Assembly: GCA_964035545.1 (NCBI GenBank) | Contig: OZ037773.1 | Location: forward strand, 2,571,751-2,635,750 | Length of the DNA: 64,000 nt | Reading direction: 5' to 3' | Origin: Bugula neritina | Lineage: Eukaryota > Animalia > Bryozoa | Shown here: piece after piece, positions 1 to 12,200 of the stretch | How positions within the stretch are numbered: position 1 is the first letter of the stretch | Layout of the letters: every line of letters begins with the position of its first letter | Made by a program: the position numbers and the translations under genes | Notes under the pieces: generated by a model | Told to the model about the DNA's origin: nothing | The model's input: the letters and a program-made list of their open reading frames with translations, nothing else | The model's database searches: none

Positions 1-257
1 TGAGTTCAATAAAAACGTCAATTGACTTTTCACCCAGTGTGTGTCCCAGTAGTCTATAATGCGACATAATTCTAGTAGTTCTAATTAATTTAGACCTGAA
101 TTATTTATCCAATAAGTTGACAGTTTGATGTGTTGTTTTGTTCTAATATCAGTAATGCATTTTAACCAATTGTTTATAAATATAGGTACTACACAAATTA
201 CTTCAACTTCTGTCCAATAATCTCAAATCTTTGTTTTTTCATTCCTTTCACTCTCAG

Positions 258-3200
258 GATTTAAAGCTCCAAGCCTGCCTTCCCTTAATAAGTCTAACTC
301 CGAGGTTGAAGTGAAATCATCAAATAATGACCAAAAGCCGTCGGAGAGAAAATCTGTTCCCACTTCCAAGGATAAAGGGGCGTTAAAGTCACCCGCTGAA
401 AACCTCAAACCTGTGCCACCCCTCCCATACAAGGGTAGGTCATCTTAAAAGTTGTCTTCTCTATTTGTTTGAGTACATTTATTGCTAGCATTTTGTATTG
501 ATATTTCAACATTATCTTTGTAATGCCATTATCTTGTTGTATAAACAAATCTAAAAAAGTACATTATTATTCAACATTCCTTTGTGGCATAAAATTGAAG
601 CAAACACGCTCTGACATTGATGTGATTAATGTGTTTAGTGTTTATAGCTTAGATTGTTTATGCAGCTATTTATATAACATAGATTTATATAGCAGTCATA
701 GTTGGCAGTTATATTGAACTTTTACAAAATTTGTTTTTGCAAAGTTATGGCATAAATCACATATGTGTTGGCATAGAATGTAAGCTTTTTACTAAAAATT
801 AAAGTATTGAGGTTATGGCAGTTCTATGAAGCTAAACAACTAGCAAATAAGCTTGAAAAGTTTCCCAAGGCAGACAACTCCCAATTCCTAACATTTTTTA
901 ACTCGATATGCAAATTTTTCATGCTTCATTTTCTCTCTCTCTGGAAAAAGTCCTTTCCTAGTACATTGATGTTTCTTATTTTCCCCTACGATGATCTCAA
1001 AACTTTCGCCTTTTGGCAACCAACGATGATCATGTAATTGGTTTGAAAATAAAACTCGCACAAGTTTATAGTTGCCATCCCTGTGGGAAACCCCCTGATG
1101 AAAGGTTTTTTTTGTTGAATAGACCCTTTTCAGAGGTCCCCCCCCCCCCCCCCCCCCCCCCGATGTCCCCCCTTACAATTAAGAGTTGTGGTCTCCCAAA
1201 ATGAAATTTGTTGAGCAAAATAGGCTTAAACTCATTTTTGTGGTTTTGGTTACTGAGCAAAGCTGAAGTGCCAGATTAACATTGCCCAGTAACCAAAACC
1301 ACATAAATGCTTTCAGGATTCTTTCTGTCAAAATTATCTTTGAAGAAATATTTTTAAAGTTTTTTTCGAACTGCTAATCTGTGTGCTTATACCAAAATAT
1401 CTATCTCCTAAAATAACAATTCTATAGCATAATTAGAATTCTAAGTAGCAGCCAAACTTTAAATTTTCAATGAGTTTGCTCTTTATACAAAGGTTCAACC
1501 TATTCCCTGTAGGAGACCACAACTCTTAATTGTAAAGGGGATATTAGGGACCTCTGAAAATGGTCTATTGGGTTAAGTACTTCTTCATCTATGTGGCACA
1601 GGAGCAACTATGACTGGATACTTTTCCCAACATCACCAATGGCCTTTGTTGGGGTTCGAACCCATGATTTCGTGTTTGCTAGGCAAATGCTCTAACCCGT
1701 AGACCATGCCTCTTTCCTGTAGTTGATTTTAAAAAAAATTAATGAAATAAGAATTGTTTTTGTACTGAAATTATGCATAGAAAGTTTCTCAATGATTTTT
1801 CTATATTCTTGTGATATTCTTGGGTACTTTCTAGAACCTACGTGGAGTGGAACATGTTCCCACAAGTATACTGTAGAGGTCATTAAGAATGGAGTGTCTG
1901 TTAGTGAAATAGCATTGAGCTCTAAACCTTTCTGGGTGGTTGGAAGACTACCACAGTGTGACGTATCAATGGAGCACCCCAGTCTGTCTCGCTATCACGC
2001 AGTTATACAGTTCTGCGCCATCCCAACCGATAAGTATCATGTGAGTGAGTCATGTCTCATGTCGAGTGATACGTAACGTTTATCTTGAGTGTTAATATTC
2101 TGATTTTGGGGTGACTCTGTTTATATACAACTTATAGTGTTGTGGGAAAGAGCAAACAACCCCCAACACTTTTACTGAAGACATTTTGTAGAAGGTGTTC
2201 GAGATTTCAAACTATGACCTTTTGACATCTCTCTGGTGTCTATACGATATCTATATGACGTCAATATGATGTGTTTATGTCATATATATTATGTGTATAT
2301 TATGTGTATATATGACGACAATGTTATGAGTATATGACGTATACATGACTTCTATATGACATCTCTATATATGTATATGACTACGGTGGTTTGCCGGTAC
2401 AGGTTGGCTGGTATCTGTTTGACCTTGACAGCACTCACGGCTGTACTCTCAACAAGAAGCGAGTTGCCCCAAGTACATACCATAGACTGAGAGTCGGTTA
2501 TACCTTCAGGTTTGGGGGCTCAACCCGACTCCACATTCTACATGTAAGTGTTTTCATAGTTCTCATATTGAAGTAACTACTCGATTTTGCATTCCGGAAG
2601 AGATTTGGGCCAAGGAGAACGTTTGGTGTTGCTGCTTTCCCTGGTATTGTTGGTATCTTCTCAACGTAACCTTGTTTAATAATACGTTGTGCTAGGGACC
2701 TGACGAAGACCAGGAAGTTGAAATTTCTCCCGAGGAACTGCTAGCAATGCGAGAGAAGAGGAAAGCATTGCTGGAAGAGAAAGTGAAGGCTCAGACAGAG
2801 GCTGGTGATTCTACGAGTAGTGACGTGCATTCTGGGAAGGAGGGAGGATGCAGCTGGGGAATGGGTAGGTCTAGTAGGCTATGTATATAATGTATAGAAT
2901 ATATATTTTATACATTATATGTATAATATATGTTTTATATAATATATATTTTATATAATATATATTATATAATATATATTATATAATATATATTATATAA
3001 TAGATATTATATAATATATATTTTACATGTAATGTATAATATGACAGCAAGATAAGGCAATGCTGCCTTGTCTATAATATACTTATTAGATATAGTATAT
3101 ATAAATATATATTCTAAACTGGTGCCATTTGTTTTCTATTGTCAGGTTTTAAGCTTTAACTAACCATAAATGCTGGAAATCTGTTGTATTGCTGTGTCAA

Positions 3201-6200
3201 GGTTTTGGGTAATTTTTTTATCTACGACAGCAGCGTGCAAACAATGTGATGATTTTATTTACAAAAAAATATCTCTAGTATTTGTTATAAAAATATAGCT
3301 AAAAATTTGGTATCGTTTGACTAGCACTGCCTGTAATTTGCATATCAACCTAAAATATCACGCACTTTGGCCTGGTATTATATAGATAATGTCATATACA
3401 TATTAACCTAGACATACTATTATATAGATATTATCATATACATATCAACTTAGGCCTGATATTATATAGATATTATAATATATACATATTAACCTAGACA
3501 TGTTATTATATATATATATTATTATATACATATCAACCTAGGCATCATATTATATAGATATTATCATATAACTTGTAATATACTCTACAGATGATGATGC
3601 AGAGGACGTAGACCCAAGTGCTGTCAACCCCTTTTCAACTGAGGCCACTGCAGAACCCCTCAACCTGGATGACCCCAAGAAGACACTGCGAGGTTGGTTT
3701 GAAAGAGAGGGTTACGATGAGCCAGAGTACATTGTGGAAGAACAATCCCATGGCAGACACAAGTGTGTCGTAGAGTAAGTCAAGTTGCCTCATCTCTTCA
3801 TTAACGTTTAGGTGCAGTAGTGGAAAAATTGAGATAGCCTAAGCTCTTTAAATTTCTTTATAGATTTTGGGTTAGGGCACAGGTTGAAATTTCTACCAGA
3901 ACATAATTTCTTTTGGTACATTTCTAATCTAGATCACAGGCTTTTCTCAATTTTTCCATTACTGTACTATCTACCTCTACTTTGGGTCCTATGAGAGTGA
4001 GCTAAATTAGTACTTGCTTCGAATCCCATTGGTGATGCAATGGGCGACCTTTGGTCACAAAGTATTTAGTGCTTCTTTGAAAAAATGTTGGTCTAAAAAC
4101 TCCCCCCCCCCCCCTGTCAATTTCTTTCTCACGCTGATAAGGTTGAGAAAATAAAGTCAGGTTGTTTTATCTGTGTATTAGTGACAGAGTGACAAGAGTA
4201 AATTTGAAACTGAAAGCAGAAAATTGTTGGCTTTGTACTGGAAGGTGACCTCAAGTAATCTCAAGGACTCCTGGTACAAGCACTGCTTTTATGTATAAAT
4301 GAGAAATTTTAGCAATTCTGTTGGCATGAAAAAATAAGTTTTATATTTTTATTAATTTGCAATAATTTCAGTTTTACTTAATGCGGAGTTTAAACTTTCA
4401 TGTTATACAAAATATAATACTCAAATATTTTTGTGTAAACTCTGGCTTTATGCTGACATCAATTTCTATCTGAAGTTAATATAAACTAGCTAATTGCAAT
4501 ATTCTGTCATGTATACGTGAGTAAGGTGTATGTGCGTGCGTGTTGTATCAGATAACTGTAGCTTCTAGGCATGTTGTGATGCTGCATGAGATAGTATCGT
4601 CATTATAACGAATATGATCTTTGTACTGCTTCCCAGGACTGCACTGGCACCATTACACTTGCTTCCTGAAAATACAAGTTTGAAGGCATTTTTATCTTTG
4701 CAAAAGCCGCTCCGATGATGTTTTAAATTTGCGCAAATGCAAAGTCCGCTACCGCTACAGCAAAGTATGTTGTGATTTGATAATGCATAAAGCATCTAAA
4801 AATGCAAAATTTTAGCATCTTATAAAAATGAACACTTTAAACTCTTGAAAATGGTATCTGAACTTACTTAAAACATGGTGTATGATATAGCCAAGGTTTA
4901 TAATCTACAGTAGTAATCTAATGGGTTTGTTGCACAATCATTAATTTTGGGTCAGGGTTATTGTTACTGTCTAGTCAATGCCAGCGAATATGTAGTTATT
5001 GGGGAACAGCCGTTTGAAACATTTTTTAGAATATTATGATTTTAGTGGCTTTATTAACAGTTAGGTTGTTTATGAAAAAGTGAGGCAGCAGCCGTGCTCT
5101 AAGGGTTAGATCGCTTGCCTAGTAAGTACGAAGTCATGGGTTCGAACACCGGCAAAGGCCATTGGTGATGTTGGAAGGAACATTCAGTCATAATTTCTCC
5201 TGTGCCCCATCTGAACAAGTTCTTAGCCCGGTTTAACAAAAAAGCCCTTTCTATCAGGGGTTTTCACAGGGATAGTGACTATAAACTTGCGCGAGTTCTT
5301 TTTTGTACATAACTCATCAAGAGCTGATATTTTCTCATGAAGAATTTTTACCGCCAGTTAAAAATTTTCCAAATTTGTAAATAAGGAAACAAAACCTGCA
5401 GCTAGTTCAGGTCAGTGGACTCCCAGATTGTCTATTGCTTGTTATAGTTTTAAGTAACTGTCATGAAAACATAGCATCTCTACCGACTACAATTCTATAT
5501 TACAACCACATCTACACAGAAAACACCTACTATAATCCCACTTTTACGGACTTACTCTATCTAGTGGACACATTGCGTGTTACAGACTAAAGCATGCACA
5601 ATAACATCATTCATTTGTACTGTACAACAGCATAACATGTATAATGGACGTACCCAAGCAGTTGCAGATGGTGACGCCATTTGGGTACTCAACACACCCA
5701 TCTTTCATAGTACCAGCTAGTCCACAGGACCTTACTATCACTGCTGTTCATACATATACATAATAATATAAATATAAATACACATATACACATACACACA
5801 TGCAAATACACATGTTATATATACACATAATACACATACACATGATTATACACACTTGGCATTCAATTACATGATAGACATACACATGATATAAATTTAC
5901 TTTAGTTACTTTTTATCTTGTATAAAACATTTAATAAGTGCAATCAAATAAAGCAGGCAAGAAAAAATATACAATGGGATATTTTCTATATTTTTAAACC
6001 TACCGGAGTTGTTGAAACTGAGAACGGATTTGTTGCACGTTTGTATTTTCTCGTTTGAACAGTCTTTGGCCGACAGTTGTTTGCCAAGAAAGCAATCGTC
6101 GTTCAGCTGGTTTCCTTGGCAGATGTAGCATTGGATGGCATTCAATACCACTATCAGCCCTGCTACTACTGTATATAGCAAATAAAGGTTTATAGTTGAC

Positions 6201-9200
6201 ATTTTATAGTGTCAGTGCAACATTCTAAGAGTGTCTCTCTCTATATCAAAACTGAAAATAAACTAAATTTATTTACAAATGTGCGCTGCAAAATAAATCT
6301 TACAATATAAAAGACAGAATGTCTCATGAATGCATTATACAAGGCTAAATGATACCCTAATGATACCGTATGTGGACATGGTGGTATTCTTTCATTTTGC
6401 AACACATTTTTACATTTGAAAATCATTAAACTGTTGATTTATTGGCGAGTTTGAAACTTTGTAATAATGTGAAAAGAAGGAAATGCAAGAAAACTTTCCA
6501 GGTTTACCCAGCCTAATTAACAAACACTGGAATAGTTACTCTGGTTAGCCAGTAGCTGTTCCAGAAGCGTTCATATCAGCTTAACTGAACAACTTAACTC
6601 TCCCGAATCACATGTTGGTTAAATCAAGCACATTTTTTATTAACAAAGAAGTTTCATTTCAAGCTAGGCATTACAAATTTCAAACTTTCCTAATAAAAAT
6701 GTTAGAATTTTCATTTTTATTAGTTTCACTTTAGTAATACATACATGTATATGCTTACTGTAAGATGGTTACAGTAATACATACATGTATATGCTTACTA
6801 TGTGCTATAGTTTAATGCTTACCTACGAGTTTGATGGTTACAGCTGTAAGTCTCATTTCAGCGTTTCTTCAGATTGTGTTTTTAGACTCGCCTGCTCAGT
6901 AATAATCCGACAGTATTTTATCTTGAGTGATGCTGTCTTTTGGCAGTTGAAGAATTGCTGTTGGCATCAATCCTGTGTGCTGTGGTGTTGTGTTGGCAAC
7001 ATCTTAAAAATCTCACACTAATACTGTAGCAGTTTTGTTAGGTCTGCTAGTAACCGCAAGCTTATCAGAGTAGGTTTAGGAATTCAACTGATGTCTTGTG
7101 AGTGTAGTTATTAGTATTTTATTCCAACTTATAACACTTTTGCTCACAAAGCTACACCGTGAAATCTAAATAAAATACACACAATATAAGGCTAAATAAA
7201 GTACAAGAAAATAAGAACTGTAAGGAAATAACACACATAAAAATGATTAAAGTAAGCAAAATATTGCTGCATAATACTTCATTAAAAATAATGTCAGCTA
7301 TAAACCACTTCGTATAATATAAGCTAAATGTATTGATATTACAACATTAGAAAAATTAATAGCAGACAAACCTTTAGCGCTTCTCTGATAACTTGATAAT
7401 ACAGCTTCTGCTCTTAGGTTTCAATAGTTAGTAATATGTATCTTGTTTAATGTAAAATTATAAGTAGTATAACTTGCTCTTTGGCTCTACTAATAGACCA
7501 TGTAAGATTGGTACATTTAGTACCTTGAACCAATTCTAGATACTCACCACTATAACTTATATAAACTTCTGCAAGTTCAAATGCAAAATGCATACTTCTA
7601 GGAAATAGCTGTGCAACTTTTATTACATGCATTATTTTATTTCATATCTTAAATTTATGAATCATGAGTTCATTTTTCAAAATGTTTAAATTAAGTGCTT
7701 AAAAAATGCATTTAAAGAATGTATTCCTGAAAAATTACCCTGGAGCAGTTTGACCACAACCCCAGCTGTTTTGGCAAAACACATTTAATGACATTTTCAT
7801 CGACATAGTGGTAGATTGGTTGGTTGTTTTTGGCAGATGAGTAGCACGCTGGCTGGCTGCAACCTTATACAATTCTGATTGGCTGGACTCTACATGACCA
7901 GCTAATGATTGTATCTGATTGGCCTAATAATTCATTTGCATTTGAAAATGTAGAGTTTTATATAAGTTATAGTGGTGATATTTTAGAGTTGGTACACACC
8001 CCTTTTTTGGTTGAGTTTTATAATCTGATCACGCTGTAGTCATCTACAACACTTCAGTGTATGGGGAAATTATTAGTATTGCGAAATCTGTTTTGGCTTA
8101 TATTGCTATGCCAGTTTTCTGACTTAGTTTTTCATCAACTATATGCAGGCTGTTCTAACTTAGGTGATTTCATCAAAGGTAGACACTGTTTAGGTGCAGC
8201 GAATCAAACACTGTTGTTACTATTGCAAAACAGTAGCAATAGCATAGCACAGTGAGCGAACTGTAATGGCAGTGCTGCACCATATTTATCATCACTAGCA
8301 TATAGTTACAGCACACTGACAAACACATGTATAAGCATGTGCTAAGCATAAATTATAGTTGCTTATGTGCCCACCATTATTTTACTTAAAAAAATTACAA
8401 CAGTAATTTTTTTGACTTGGTTGCATATTTATTTGCAGGAGTTAAAATGCACAGCTTTTAGCAACAGAAAACATAGACGATTTATATAAAAATGAGCTTT
8501 AACTTGTAGTGCTTGGCATGCTAGTCTATACTGTTACTTGGTATCATCACCAATTTGTACATGATTTCCTTAGTGAAACAGCATGTTTATCCCACAAATG
8601 CAATGCCATCAGCCATAGGACAATATAGTCCAGTTTTTTCAACTATGAAGTAATTTTGTTAGCAGCTTGCTTCATTTTTAAGTGATATTTAACTTGAGCT
8701 TCTCAGTCTCAAGTCATTGTTCGAGGAAATATCTGCACCTAGCTCTGAAGCTATACTAATGAGTTTTCAATACATGTTTTTCCTCACTCAAAGTAATCAT
8801 CAACCACCATTGAGGCAGGAAGATGACAAAAACATTCTGAGGGCTAGTATCCAATACCATATGCCAGCCATTAAAACTTCACTATAGTGCTTCCGGAGCA
8901 CACCTATTTCTACTACATGGCGATCCTCCTACAGTATTTACTTATTATCTGGCCATGCCACCTGGAAAGAAAGGCCATTCTCAACTGACTAGAATGCAGT
9001 AACTCTAAACTAAATTAATTGCTATTCTTAGAATCCAGGTTAAAAGAGCAATCAACCCATAAAGGAGTTGATATCCTAAATAGTCCTGGAGGTGTAAGCT
9101 TACTGTTTGCACCTCTTTTAGAAAAGATTATAATAGTCTGCTGTGCTTTCTGCAGCCACCCTTGGTAACCAATAAAGTGTAGCACTTTATAATATTTTTT

Positions 9201-12200
9201 TTGGTGTGCTATTGTATATGCATGTGCTATATCACTATGCTTTGTAAGCTAAAGTCTGATATTAATGGTTTTTGGGTGAAAGAAAATGGCAGCTCAGACT
9301 CGATGCTTATTTTGCAAAATACAAACTCATATATGGATAATATTCTGTTGGTAACAATGTTGTATGCAGTCAGTGTTGAAATATAATGCCTTCATTACAG
9401 TTTTAGTGGGATCAGCGTTTTCTCTGTAACTATCATGTTGCATCACACAACATGAAAAAATGTTCATCAAATCCAATGTTTAATCATCATATACCAGAGA
9501 ACCTTTGTATTTTACCCAACTGACTAAAACATGTATTGAAAACTCATTAGTAAAATTGTTGATGTTATTGCAGTAGCTTCACAGCTAAGTGTAGGCACTT
9601 CATCCAGCAATGGTTTGAGGCTGATTACTTCACAGTTAAAAGAATCTAGAGTCTAGATTCTAGACTATATTGTCCCACGGCTGATGTCATTACATTTGTG
9701 AGATAATCATGCTGTTTCGCTAAGTAAATCGTATACAAGAAAGGGTTATCAACATGGTATTATAGGTGATGATACCAACTGGCAATATAGACCCACATGC
9801 AAGGCATTACATGTTAATACTAATTTTTATACAAAATGTCTACACTATCTGTGCAATTAAACTCATGCAGATTAATATGTGATTGATTAAAAAAGCTACT
9901 GCTATATAAATTTAAAATAAAACAGTAGTGAGTACACAAGCAAATAATTTATGGTTAGCGTAGGTTCATGCATTTGTAATATGCATGTGAAGCAATTTTT
10001 TAAATTATCACATTAAAGTAAACTGAAGCGCAAAATAATCAGACTATGAGAATGTATTCAGTAATATGCATTGATTTAAAACTAAATCATGAAATGATTA
10101 TCATTTTTGCAACCTCTGTACTTGGTAGACAAGATAGAGAGGGGTGATGTGACTGCTGTAACTGTGTTACTGCTCTACATACTAACAGACTAGGCTAGTG
10201 TATTTAAGTGCCTTACATAAGATATTTTAATAAAACTGGTGAGTTTAGTGTGGCCACTGCCATTGCAGCTAGGTGACTGTGCTAGTGTGCTATGCTCTCA
10301 CTACTGCTTTGCAATAAAACCAAGTAACAGCACTGGTTGATTTGATGTTCTAAGGTCTAAGTAATGTCTACCTTTGATGAAATCACCTAAGTTAGAACAG
10401 CCTGCATATAGTTGATGAAAAACTAAGTTAGAAAACTGGCATAGCAATAATTATAAGCCAAAACAGATTTCGCAATACTAATAATTTCCCCATACACTGA
10501 AGTGTTGTAGATGACTACAGCGTGATCAGATTATAAAACTCAACCAAAAAAGGGGTGTGTACCAACTCTAAAATATCACCACTATAACTTATATAAAACT
10601 CTACATTTTCAAATGCAAATGAATTATTAGGCCAATCAGATACAATCATTAGCTGGTCATGTAGAGTCCAGCCAATCAGAATTGTATAAGGTTGCAGCCA
10701 GCCAGCGTGCTACTCATCTGCCAAAAACAACCAACCAATCTACCACTATGTCGATGAAAATGTCATTAAATGTGTTTTGCCAAAACAGCTGGGGTTGTGG
10801 TCAAACTGCTCCAGGGTAATTTTTCAGGAATACATTCTTTAAATGCATTTTTTAAGCACTTAATTTAAACATTTTGAAAAATGAACTCATGATTCATAAA
10901 TTTAAGATATGAAATAAAATAATGCATGTAATAAAAGTTGCACAGCTATTTCCTAGAAGTATGCATTTTGCATTTGAACTTGCAGAAGTTTATATAAGTT
11001 ATAGTGGTGAGTATCTAGAATTGGTTCAAGGTACTAAATGTACCAATCTTACATGGTCTATTGAAACTGATCAGGATAACCAATGCTTTCCAACAGCAGC
11101 AGAATAATACACAAAAAACAAATAAACAAAAATGATGTGTTCCAGATCCCATTGGTCACCCAAATTGCACCACCAGCCCCAAGTAATTCCAAATAAGGGA
11201 ACAGAAATATTCTGGCAGATTTGTTGTCTTAGGCTTTTGCAATACACTTGATTCATTGATTGTGGCTTTTGCTGCGCAGTTGTAGGAATTTATTGTTTTG
11301 TTTAGGGGCTATTAATATGCTATGACGATTGACTAGGAAACACGCATACACACAGTGTGCATGTAAACATGCTGCCAGCTACTGCTACAAATACTATTAT
11401 TATTAGAGAGCTTTAGGGTTATGTAATTTATGTTGTGCAGAAATAAATGCATCTTAAAGACTATTTTTATGATAAAGAGCTGAAATGTCTTATCATGATA
11501 CATCACTTCAGTATTTCATCTTCCTACACTCTGGAATATTTTTTCTCAAAACAAAACCATCATACTCGAATCAGCCAGTTACAAAGTTATTGGCTGCAGA
11601 AGAGCTTTAAACTGTTGGTAATTAAAAATGAAGTATTTCAAACTTTTTGTCTATTAGTAGAGTTGGGAGCTCTATCATTTTCATTCAAATAATTTTATGT
11701 GACATTCAATAAGACATAAATTACAGACAGATATAGTTGTGGAATAGATATTGGTAATAGAAGGTGGAATGAGTAAGTAACAGTAATACTGTGTGCTGTC
11801 AATATGACTGATAATGGCCAACATTGTTTGTTGTTATAGGTTACCATTGGATACACCAACAGGACACCCAATGAGAGCCGAGGTTTCTGTGCAGGGTAAA
11901 AAGAAGGAAGCAGTGGTGCAGTGTGCACTGGAGGCGTGTAAGATACTAGATAGACAGGGAGTTCTACGACAAGCTAAACACGGTAGGCTGCTTTGCTGTA
12001 GTGTTTATCATTGGCTAACTTACTGTATTAGCTACTGGTAAAAATATATAAGATTGCTGCATAACAGAACTGTGTATTCTTCACCACTAGCTGTAGTATA
12101 TCAACCGTTGCTTCTATAATTTTCCTATGTATACATATATTGAAATAGATTTTGAGATATTGAAATTTGTACACAATGAAAGGACAACTCCCAGTTGTAT

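Noticed and set aside
9526-10364. Second (YqaJ-like/PHD) ORF expected in autonomous ISL2EU elements
   Set aside because: Only a vague SWYHH fragment was seen, with no supportable reading frame.
7447-11107. Duplicated 61-aa [14 protein letters not shown]... on both strands
   Set aside because: A consequence of the inverted repeat arms; the ORFs run past the element ends into unrelated flanks.
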